From contig CAXXSX010000002.1 in NCBI GenBank assembly GCA_963677165.2, forward strand, positions 421,988 through 485,987: DNA of 64,000 nt, written 5' to 3'. The position numbers and the translations under genes are program-made. The DNA comes from Victivallales bacterium (GTDB lineage: Bacteria > Verrucomicrobiota > Lentisphaeria > Victivallales > SZUA-371). The notes beneath the pieces are model-generated. The model was given only the letters and a program-made list of their open reading frames with translations, had not been told where the DNA came from and did not search any database. Numbering within the stretch: the first letter of the stretch is position 1; the number at the start of each line of letters is the position of its first letter. This document shows positions 8,456 to 16,195 of the stretch, one piece after another.

Positions 8456-9589
8456 ATGGCTACAGGTTCAGTATCAGTTGTTCAAGTCAACAACATGCAG
8501 GGCTCGTTTGACGAAGTCGAAAGACTTTTTCTTTACATCGGGCGTTCCGGAAACTCCGAAACTCTTGGAGAAATCATTTCCGTCAGTGCGTCAAGCGATC
8601 TTGATGAACTGTTCGGTGAAGATGACTCTGAGCTAAAAACTCAGATCAGTGCCGCAATTGTGAATTCCAGGACCGATAACTTTGTCTGCTATGCGATCGG
8701 CATAGATCCGGACGATGCCGAGGATCCGGATGATTGGAAGGATGCCGTATATTACGCACTGGAAAAACCGAACGATCTCAACGTTGAAGCGATCTGTCTT
8801 TGTTCGCCGGTTACAACCAATGCGGAGGTTGAAGCCTGTTATACTTGTGCGACTAAATGCCTAACCAGCTATGCCAAGTTTGTCACGGTCTTCGCTGCAG
8901 TTAAAGGCATTGATCCGGCAACTCAATCCTGGAGTGATTATATTTCCGAACTTGGAACTTTGGTCAACGGCGTTGCAGCCGATCGTGTGTGTCTGGTTCC
9001 TTTGCTGCATGGCAATAACCTTGGTGTGGTTGCCGGCAGACTCTGTGATCCGGCAGTAACAGTTGCCGATACTCCGATGCGTGTGGCAACCGGCGCACTG
9101 ATTTCCCTTGGTGATGATCCGGTCGACGTGAATGGATCCGATCTGGATTCCGCTACGATATCGGCTCTGGCATCCGCGCGTTTCAGTGTTCCGCAATGGT
9201 ATACCGGTTACGATGGCATGTATTGGGCTGATCATTGTACTCTTGATGTTGAGGCCGGTGATTTTCAGGCTTATGAAAACCGGCGTGTTTTGGATTATTG
9301 CGCCAGGCGTGTGCGGACTCTGGCCATTGGTCGTGTTGCCGATCGGCGTCTGAATTCTACCGCAAAATCGATTGCGGCAAACAAGACTTATTTCATGCGG
9401 CCATTGCGTGAAGCTTCACATTCGGTAACTCTGGCCGGACAGGAAATGCCAGGGATTATCAAGCCTCCGGAAGATGAGGATATCACGATCGAATGGGAAA
9501 GTAACACCTCAGTGATTATTTCCATTGCCGCACGACCTTACAATTGTCCGAAAAAGATAACCCTTTATCTCGGACTGGATATGTCCTGA
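8456..9589 (+). CDS. Contractile tail sheath protein (gpFI-position)
   Basis: 377 aa. It is the first gene of a sheath-tube-chaperone-tape measure block. The call rests on position and size only. Confidence 0.6.
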   Translation: MATGSVSVVQVNNMQGSFDEVERLFLYIGRSGNSETLGEIISVSASSDLDELFGEDDSELKTQISAAIVNSRTDNFVCYAIGIDPDDAEDPDDWKDAVYYALEKPNDLNVEAICLCSPVTTNAEVEACYTCATKCLTSYAKFVTVFAAVKGIDPATQSWSDYISELGTLVNGVAADRVCLVPLLHGNNLGVVAGRLCDPAVTVADTPMRVATGALISLGDDPVDVNGSDLDSATISALASARFSVPQWYTGYDGMYWADHCTLDVEAGDFQAYENRRVLDYCARRVRTLAIGRVADRRLNSTAKSIAANKTYFMRPLREASHSVTLAGQEMPGIIKPPEDEDITIEWESNTSVIISIAARPYNCPKKITLYLGLDMS

Positions 9590-9615
9590 TAAACAAATTT
9601 TGAAGGAGATTATAT

Positions 9616-10074
9616 ATGAGTACTCAAAGATTTAACGGACTGAGCTTTGACATCGATCTCGGAGATTTCTCGGTTCATGTCAAGAAGTTTTCGCTTGAGA
9701 TCACTGATAACTCAGCCATCGCAAAGCGGAACGGTAAACCAAGTGGCTATGTTCTCGGTGACTGTGAAGCTTCAGGAGAAATTGTTGTTTTTCGTGATGG
9801 ACTTAAGGCATTTACCGCTGCAGCGAAAGAAGCCGGCAGTTTTCAGGAGATGGCAACATTCGACATCAACAGCTATGCAAAGGTTGGTGATGATGAACTC
9901 AAAATTGAGGCATTCGACTGCAAGATCAAACTCAGTTCTTTGTTGGACATCGATGAGACCAGTACCGATGAAACAGAGTTCTCTCTGCCGTATGATGTAA
10001 CCGGATCTGATTTCGTCAAAATTGACGGCGTTCCTTACGCCCCGACTGACGATGATGAAGAAACCAGCTCTTAA
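9616..10074 (+). CDS. Tail tube protein (gpFII-position)
   Basis: 152 aa, between the sheath and the tail chaperone. The call rests on position and size. Confidence 0.6.
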   Translation: MSTQRFNGLSFDIDLGDFSVHVKKFSLEITDNSAIAKRNGKPSGYVLGDCEASGEIVVFRDGLKAFTAAAKEAGSFQEMATFDINSYAKVGDDELKIEAFDCKIKLSSLLDIDETSTDETEFSLPYDVTGSDFVKIDGVPYAPTDDDEETSS

Positions 10075-10102
10075 TTCACACTAACATAAAGGAAATATTG
10101 CC

Positions 10103-10366
10103 ATGGCTGAAAAAAAAATAATACTGGGAGTCGGAAATGACGAACTCAACTTCAACGTCAATACCGACAATTTCAACCGTTATACGAACGAATTAACCCC
10201 GGATAACAAGGTGCTTCCTGCAAAGAAATTTCTTCGCAGGAGTCTGGTCGGCAAAGAACAGGCTGAACTTCTGGATGAACTGATGGACAAAGGACTCACT
10301 CTGAATATGGTCGGAGAACTTATTCAGGAGTTCCAGGGCGAGATTGAGATCGCGGTAAAAAAATAA
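10103..10366 (+). CDS. Tail assembly chaperone, gpE-like (short, zero-frame product)
   Basis: 87 aa, immediately upstream of the tape measure gene. It ends in GTA AAA AAA TAA. Confidence 0.75.
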   Translation: MAEKKIILGVGNDELNFNVNTDNFNRYTNELTPDNKVLPAKKFLRRSLVGKEQAELLDELMDKGLTLNMVGELIQEFQGEIEIAVKK

Positions 10367-10542
10367 ACGCCCAGATCCGGGCATATAAACGGGATGAAGG
10401 CTCTCTTGGTCTGCTTTCCATATATGTCCGGAAATGGTTCCCCGGGCGTGAAGTCGATGACGAATCAATGGCTGAAGCGGCGTACCTGGAATGGGACTTC
10501 TGGGAAAAGCTTGGGAATATGCTGGGAGGAAAAGAAAATTAG
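10103..10542 (+). CDS. Tail assembly chaperone -1 frameshift fusion (gpE+E'-like): join 10103..10363 with 10363..10542
   Basis: The slippery heptamer A_AAA_AAA (10357-10363) ends one codon before the stop. The -1 frame stays open for 59 more codons (INAQIRAYKRDEGSLGLLSIYVRKWFPGREVDDESMAEAAYLEWDFWEKLGNMLGGKEN) up to the TAG at 10540-10542. Confidence 0.7.
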
Positions 10543-10694
10543 AGCTTTGCTGTTTTTTTGCGGAGTTTGTTTATCAGCTTAATCCTTCGCGGATCTCTTG
10601 AATTCGCAAACAGAATTAACCAGGCATTATGCAACGCTTTAGGCAGCATAAGTAAAAAGATAATTGCGATTATAAGCATGACAAAGCCAAACAT
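10539..10694 (-). CDS. 51-aa membrane protein with a basic tail, encoded antisense inside the tail operon (moron-like)
   Basis: My own translation: MFGFVMLIIAIIFLLMLPKALHNAWLILFANSRDPRRIKLINKLRKKTAKL. An AGGAG RBS lies 8 nt upstream of the ATG (10694-10692). A dedicated near-consensus promoter is present. The stop overlaps the E' stop by 4 nt. Confidence 0.55.
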   Translation of the reverse strand: MFGFVMLIIAIIFLLMLPKALHNAWLILFANSRDPRRIKLINKLRKKTAKL

Positions 10695-10720
10695 GGCAAA
10701 AACTCCTGTGTTTATAACAA

Positions 10721-10748
10721 ATTATAGCATGAATTAGATATAAGTCAA
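10721..10748 (-). promoter_or_regulatory. Near-consensus sigma70 promoter driving the antisense 51-aa ORF
   Basis: On the minus strand: TTGACT (10748-10743), 16-nt spacer, TATAAT (10726-10721). This is about 25 nt upstream of the ORF start and abuts the tape measure start codon. Confidence 0.6.
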
Positions 10749-10757
10749 GGAAACATC

Positions 10758-13109
10758 ATGACTGGCAGCGCTATCGAAAAACTGTATTTTTCAATTGGTC
10801 TGATCGACAAGGTGACAGGTCCTTCAAAAGGCGTCACGAAAGCGATCAATCAGATCCAGCGATCAATCAAGCAGGGATTGTCTTCCATGGCTATTGGAGG
10901 CGGTACTGTCTATGCTACAGCTAAAAGCATTCTCGGCCTGACTGATAACGCCCGGGATTTCAACAAAGCTCTGAAAGAAGTCGATTCTCTTGATGTCAAA
11001 CAGAAGGAATTGAAAGCCCTGGGAAACGCAAGTAAAAGATTCGCGCTTGATTTTGGCGGTTCTGCTGCCGATGTCGTCCGCTCTGGATACGATATCCAAA
11101 GTTCCATCAACGGCCTGGACAACGGCGAACTTGGAAAATTTACTTATGCCGGAGCAGTACTGGCCAAAGGAACAAAATCAACTGCTGCAGAGATCACCGA
11201 TTACACCGGCACCATGTATGGAATTTTTGAGTCCACTGCAAAGAAGATGGGGAAAACCAAGTGGATTGAGCAGATGACCGGCCAGACCGCAACAGCAGTT
11301 CGAATGTTCAAAACAACCGGTTCAAAAATGGCTGAAGCTTTTTCCCGGTTAGGATCTGCAGGCGAAAAAGCCGGAATAAAGATGGCTGATCAAATGGCAA
11401 TCATGGGAACACTGGGAGCAACAATGAGCGGATCTGAATCCGCTACTCGTTTTAATGCGTTTATCCAGGGCATTGGCAAAGCACAAAAAGCGCTGAAACT
11501 CAAATTCACTGACCCATCAGGAAAAATGCTTCCGGTTGTTGAGATCCTTGAGAGAATCAAAGCAAGTAAATTTGGAGATATGAGCAACATTGCCAACCAG
11601 GACGCTTTGAAAAATGCCTTTGGAACGAAAGAAGCTGTCCAGTTTGTTCAGAATCTCATGGATAAGACCGGTCAATTAAAAAAATCTATGAATGAACTGA
11701 GCCAGGTAAAAGGAATGGATCCAGCAATTAAAATGGCAAAGACCATGGTTGATGAAACAGATAAGATGCAGGGAATGTGGGATGTTATGAAAATTACTTT
11801 TGGCAGCATTCTCTTGCCTGGAGTTTACATGACTTTTTCTGCTTTGTCCAAACTGGGGCAAGGGCTGATCTGGCTTATGGATATGTTTCCTCCTTTGCGC
11901 TGGGCAATTGCCAGTGTTGTTGCAATGATCACTGTACTGGCGATCAGCTGGGGAACAATGAAAATTGTTATGGGCGTCGGAGCTATATTTAATGCAATTG
12001 CAATCAAGCTTCGCATCATGCGTATTGCTCTATGGAAAGCGAATGTCATTACCGGCAACATGACAAAAACTCAAAAGCTGGCAGCCATAGCCAACTGGCT
12101 TTATCAAAAGAGCATTACAGGAGTTACTTCCGCAGTGAACTTCTTACGCCTTAATTTAATTTGGAAGAAAGCGGTTGAATACGGCAGTGCTGCTGCTACC
12201 TGGCTGGTGACAACGGCGCAGGCAGCTATGGCTTTAGGTTTCTGGGGAAGTTGCGCTGCCGTTTGGGGATTTACCGTTGCTTTGCTGGCATGTCCGATTA
12301 CCTGGATTGTCATAGGAATTGTTGCTCTGATCGGAGCTTTGGTCGCATGTATTTATTACTGGGATGAGATTTGTGATTTTGTCGTAAAATATGCTGATTA
12401 CCTGTTAATGATGCTGGGTCCGATCGGCTGGGTCATCGCTGCCTTTAGAAACTGGGACAAAATTGTTGATGTACTGAAAAATATCTGGGGATGGTTCAAA
12501 AAGGCATGCCCGAATATAGCGAATCTGATTGAAAAACTATTCTCGATCTGGTGGTCGGGAGTAACCGGCATATGGACTTTCTGGAAAGGAGTATGGAATT
12601 CAATAAGTGGATTCTTCTCCGGAGTATGGAACGGCATCATTGATACTTTGGCTGAAGGATTCTTATGGATTGCCAATCTCGGTTCATCTGTCTGGAACGG
12701 TTTACTGGAAGGCTGCAGGGAATTCAATGAATATCTGGCAAATATGCTCTTGCCTGTTGTCCAAATGGTAGGAGGCTGGCTTGAATGGCTGGGTAATATT
12801 CCCGGTAAAATTTGGGGTGCAATAACATCTATGTTTTCGGGGCTTGACGGATGGATTGGAAAAGTCCTCCGGACGGTTGCTAAAATTCCAGGACTGGGTT
12901 TTCTGGATCCTGATGTTCAGGTAAACCAGCCAAAAGTCGAACAGCCGGTTGTTTCATCGGTAACAGATGCCAGGAAAAAGGATGTGAACGCAGGAGGGCT
13001 CCGGAGCACAACCAATAATCGTACCACTAATTATGGTGGAGTAACTATTAATACCTCAAGTGCGGTCGGACCCGGTCAGCTTGAAGATATGTGGGCATTA
13101 CAGGGATGA
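10758..13109 (+). CDS. Tail tape measure protein
   Basis: 783 aa. The N-terminal half is like a TP901-type tape-measure core. The C-terminal half is hydrophobic and Trp/Gly-rich. It follows the frameshifted chaperone. Confidence 0.9.
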   Translation: MTGSAIEKLYFSIGLIDKVTGPSKGVTKAINQIQRSIKQGLSSMAIGGGTVYATAKSILGLTDNARDFNKALKEVDSLDVKQKELKALGNASKRFALDFGGSAADVVRSGYDIQSSINGLDNGELGKFTYAGAVLAKGTKSTAAEITDYTGTMYGIFESTAKKMGKTKWIEQMTGQTATAVRMFKTTGSKMAEAFSRLGSAGEKAGIKMADQMAIMGTLGATMSGSESATRFNAFIQGIGKAQKALKLKFTDPSGKMLPVVEILERIKASKFGDMSNIANQDALKNAFGTKEAVQFVQNLMDKTGQLKKSMNELSQVKGMDPAIKMAKTMVDETDKMQGMWDVMKITFGSILLPGVYMTFSALSKLGQGLIWLMDMFPPLRWAIASVVAMITVLAISWGTMKIVMGVGAIFNAIAIKLRIMRIALWKANVITGNMTKTQKLAAIANWLYQKSITGVTSAVNFLRLNLIWKKAVEYGSAAATWLVTTAQAAMALGFWGSCAAVWGFTVALLACPITWIVIGIVALIGALVACIYYWDEICDFVVKYADYLLMMLGPIGWVIAAFRNWDKIVDVLKNIWGWFKKACPNIANLIEKLFSIWWSGVTGIWTFWKGVWNSISGFFSGVWNGIIDTLAEGFLWIANLGSSVWNGLLEGCREFNEYLANMLLPVVQMVGGWLEWLGNIPGKIWGAITSMFSGLDGWIGKVLRTVAKIPGLGFLDPDVQVNQPKVEQPVVSSVTDARKKDVNAGGLRSTTNNRTTNYGGVTINTSSAVGPGQLEDMWALQG

Positions 13110-13447
13110 GTACATACAGCGACATACAGATAAAAGACGACGATGTTAATATTGACGACAACACCCAGGCAACAATAATCTATGACTTGGACGTAATTGC
13201 ACAGGATCTGATTCATGCGATCCGGGAAAGCGGTTACCTGGTTGAATGTGTGGCAGAGCGTTCTCAGGAACGGCGTCAGCTACTGTTGCAAAAAATCATT
13301 CTACTGGTTGAAGATGACGAACGGATTATACCGGGTACCGTTACGATCACTGCGTCGGAAGATAATTTTACAGATAACAAGGGCGTGTGGAATTTGACTG
13401 CCACTACATACGAATTCGGAACAACCAGCCTTGAGCTGTCTTCATAG
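13106..13447 (+). CDS. Baseplate wedge protein, gpW/gp25-like
   Basis: 113 aa from the ATG at 13106, which forms an ATGA overlap with the tape measure stop. It directly precedes the baseplate J gene. Confidence 0.5.
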   Translation: MSTYSDIQIKDDDVNIDDNTQATIIYDLDVIAQDLIHAIRESGYLVECVAERSQERRQLLLQKIILLVEDDERIIPGTVTITASEDNFTDNKGVWNLTATTYEFGTTSLELSS

Positions 13448-13456
13448 GAGTATAAC

Positions 13457-14659
13457 ATGAGTTTGACACTTGATGACTTAACCACAGAACAGCAGCTGTT
13501 CGCTGATGCCCTGGAAGAAGCAGGAATGCCGATCACAGAAGATGACATCAAAGAGGTTCTTCAGGAGATTGCAGATGATTCGAATTTGGACATTGCTAAT
13601 ACCAGCCAGTATTCAGCTTTTTGGAACTTTTGCCAGGAGGCAATCATTTCTCCGACTGAATTCCTGACTGCGTTTCTGATCAAGAACACAATGCCTGGAC
13701 TATATGTTAAAACTGCAGAAGGAGAGATGCTTGATATTATTGCCTGGGGCTATGAAATAACACGTAATGAAGCGGTAAAAATGCAAGGTGAACTTACGTT
13801 TTCCAGATCAAGTTCGGAACAAGCGGTAACAATTCCTGCCGGCACAATAGTCCGGACTATTGAAATTAACTCCAATATTTATCGAGTATCTACTATTGAC
13901 GATGCGGTGCTGGAAGAAGGCGTCAGTTCTTTACGTGTGTTGTGTGAAGCAGAGGAAGCAGGTAGTGCATATAATCTAGCTGCATCATATTTTTCAATAT
14001 TGGATTCCGATGTCCCGGGCGTTACCGGCGTAACCAATGAATCGGATTACCTGATAACAGCTGGAGAAGATGAAGAAACCGATGAAGATCTCAGACTGAG
14101 ATTGCAGAACCATTTCTCCGCGGTTACAGATTGGCATACAGATGCGAAGTATAAAGCAATGATCGCAGAACAGACCGGATTCAGTATTGACCATATCTTT
14201 TTTGATCATGATATACCTCGTGGCGCCGGCTCTGCAGATGCCTATATTTTGTTTGATTATGGAGTATCATCAACTTCCACATTGGAAGCAATTAATGAAT
14301 ATATTTCCACGGATGGAAACCACGGTCATGGTGATGATCTGGTAGTAAAAGCAATACCGGAAACCGAATATGATGTTTCCGTCGAGGTACAATTTTCTGA
14401 CTCCACTACAGAAGAAGAGGCCACGGAATTTCTCAGCCAGATCGAGCAGTTCATCCGCTGCGCCTTTCGGGAAAATACCGATTACTCAGATTATGTAACT
14501 CAAACATGGCCATATGCTCGTTTCAGCTTTTCAAAGCTGTCCGGAGAGCTTCACAGTTATTTCTCCGATATAGCTGCTTTGACCTGGGGACAAGATGACA
14601 TCGAAACAACGCTGGATATTGCACGGCTCGGAACTTTAACCGTAACGGAGGCTGAATGA
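13457..14659 (+). CDS. Baseplate J-like protein (gpJ/gp47 family)
   Basis: 400 aa. The size and position (W-J-I) and the sequence pattern fit baseplate J proteins. Confidence 0.75.
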   Translation: MSLTLDDLTTEQQLFADALEEAGMPITEDDIKEVLQEIADDSNLDIANTSQYSAFWNFCQEAIISPTEFLTAFLIKNTMPGLYVKTAEGEMLDIIAWGYEITRNEAVKMQGELTFSRSSSEQAVTIPAGTIVRTIEINSNIYRVSTIDDAVLEEGVSSLRVLCEAEEAGSAYNLAASYFSILDSDVPGVTGVTNESDYLITAGEDEETDEDLRLRLQNHFSAVTDWHTDAKYKAMIAEQTGFSIDHIFFDHDIPRGAGSADAYILFDYGVSSTSTLEAINEYISTDGNHGHGDDLVVKAIPETEYDVSVEVQFSDSTTEEEATEFLSQIEQFIRCAFRENTDYSDYVTQTWPYARFSFSKLSGELHSYFSDIAALTWGQDDIETTLDIARLGTLTVTEAE

Positions 14660-15195
14660 GCACTGAAACCCGTGACAGAATAAGCCTGAAATTCTGGCAG
14701 AATTCCGGTCAATTGACTCTGATCGGAGAAGTGGCCGACATTTTTTACGATAAATACCAGGCTCTGCTTGAAGATCTGACCGGTCAGGTTGACGCTGAAA
14801 CGGCTCCAATAAAAATGGTGGAGCTTCTTGGCTGGGAACGTGATATCGAACGTTTTCCAGGGGAGTCAGATGAACTCTTTCGGTTACGGGTAAAATATGC
14901 TCTGGCCAATGCACGTGACGCTGGCAGTAAAAGAGGCTTTGAAAAGATATGGGCACGTCTCGGACTGGGAGAGATTACACAGACCGAACGGTTCGATGAA
15001 GAAAACTGGGATGTTATCAATCTGGAGATTGATGAAACTGTGTTCGGTCAATATATGGAGTTGCTGGATGTGATGATCCGGCAATATGGCAGAACCTGCA
15101 GGCGCTATGAATTTGAGTCCGTCACTGAAGGAAAAGAAGGCTTCATACCATTTAATTTTAATTGTGAATATTTTAATACCAAGGCAGGACTATGA
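14656..15195 (+). CDS. Tail protein I-like (P2 gpI family)
   Basis: ELLGWERDIERFPGESDELFRLRV...GSKRGFEKIWARLGLG parallels gpI LLPWLAWAFSVDRWDEKWPEATKR...GTIGAIRRVVEPLGY. Its start overlaps the gpJ stop. Confidence 0.65.
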   Translation: MSTETRDRISLKFWQNSGQLTLIGEVADIFYDKYQALLEDLTGQVDAETAPIKMVELLGWERDIERFPGESDELFRLRVKYALANARDAGSKRGFEKIWARLGLGEITQTERFDEENWDVINLEIDETVFGQYMELLDVMIRQYGRTCRRYEFESVTEGKEGFIPFNFNCEYFNTKAGL

Positions 15196-16190
15196 GCGAA
15201 GAAAATATCAACCTTGAAGACAACTTTTTCACTTTCGGGGATCCGGAACCCGTCGAAAAAGAACACTTACTAGACTATCTGAATGTGTTTGCCGATATTG
15301 GCGGCGAATATTACCTCCCGCCGATTGATCTCTGCGGATTATCAATGATGCGGAGAGCCAATGGTCATCATGGCAGTTGTATTATTCTTCGCTCTAACAC
15401 AACGGCTAATGCTTATGTTTCCGGTCCGCTTCCGGTCCTGGAGCTGTCTTCTGCAGTAACCGACAAGCTGACATTTGGAAATGCTTATTTTCAGATACTC
15501 AGAAACTTGTTTGGACAGCCGACAGGCTTGGAGCATGTTCCTGCGTTGAATATGCGTGTCCGGACAAAAGGTCGTGGATATCGGTTACTGAAACCAAACG
15601 GAGAATATACTGACTTTGAGCCGGATGATATTATTCATGTGAAAGAATATGATACTCAGCAACAGATTTATGGCATTCCAGATTGGATCGGAGGTTTACA
15701 ATCTGCATTATTAAACCAGGACGCTACACTCTTTCGCAGGAAATATTTTGTAAACGGTGCACACCTTGGTTACATCCTTTATACATCCGATCCTAAGATG
15801 GATCCCAAGTTGGTAAAAGCCCTTCAACAGAAAGTTCGGGAAGGAAAAGGCGTCGGAAACTTCAAAAGTCTTCATGTTCATATTCCGAAAGGTGAAGAAA
15901 AAGCCTTCCAGATTATTCCGATTGGTGATATCTCGCAGAAAGATGAATTTAAGAACATAAAAAATATCTCTGCAGCTGATGTTCGCGAGGCACACAGGGT
16001 TCCTCCAGCGCTGATGGGAGTGGTTCCAGAAGGAGCCGCCAGCCTTGGAGATCCGGAGAAAGTCAAAGGGGTATATGAGCAAATAGAAGTTCAGTCAATG
16101 GCACGGTCCTTTGAGATTGTAAATAGAAAGTTACCGAAAAGGCTGCATCTAAAATTTATAGACTTTAAGACTGAAAAAAAGGAGGATTGA
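15192..16190 (+). CDS. Portal protein, P2 gpQ-like (PBSX-type)
   Basis: FTFGDPEPV..., ATLFRRKYFVNGAHLGYILY and GNFKSLHVHIP match gpQ FTFGEPVPV, ATLFRRKYYENGAHAGYIMY and GNFKNLFLYSP as I recall the P2 sequence. Confidence 0.85.
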   Translation: MSEENINLEDNFFTFGDPEPVEKEHLLDYLNVFADIGGEYYLPPIDLCGLSMMRRANGHHGSCIILRSNTTANAYVSGPLPVLELSSAVTDKLTFGNAYFQILRNLFGQPTGLEHVPALNMRVRTKGRGYRLLKPNGEYTDFEPDDIIHVKEYDTQQQIYGIPDWIGGLQSALLNQDATLFRRKYFVNGAHLGYILYTSDPKMDPKLVKALQQKVREGKGVGNFKSLHVHIPKGEEKAFQIIPIGDISQKDEFKNIKNISAADVREAHRVPPALMGVVPEGAASLGDPEKVKGVYEQIEVQSMARSFEIVNRKLPKRLHLKFIDFKTEKKED

Positions 16191-16195
16191 TTTAG

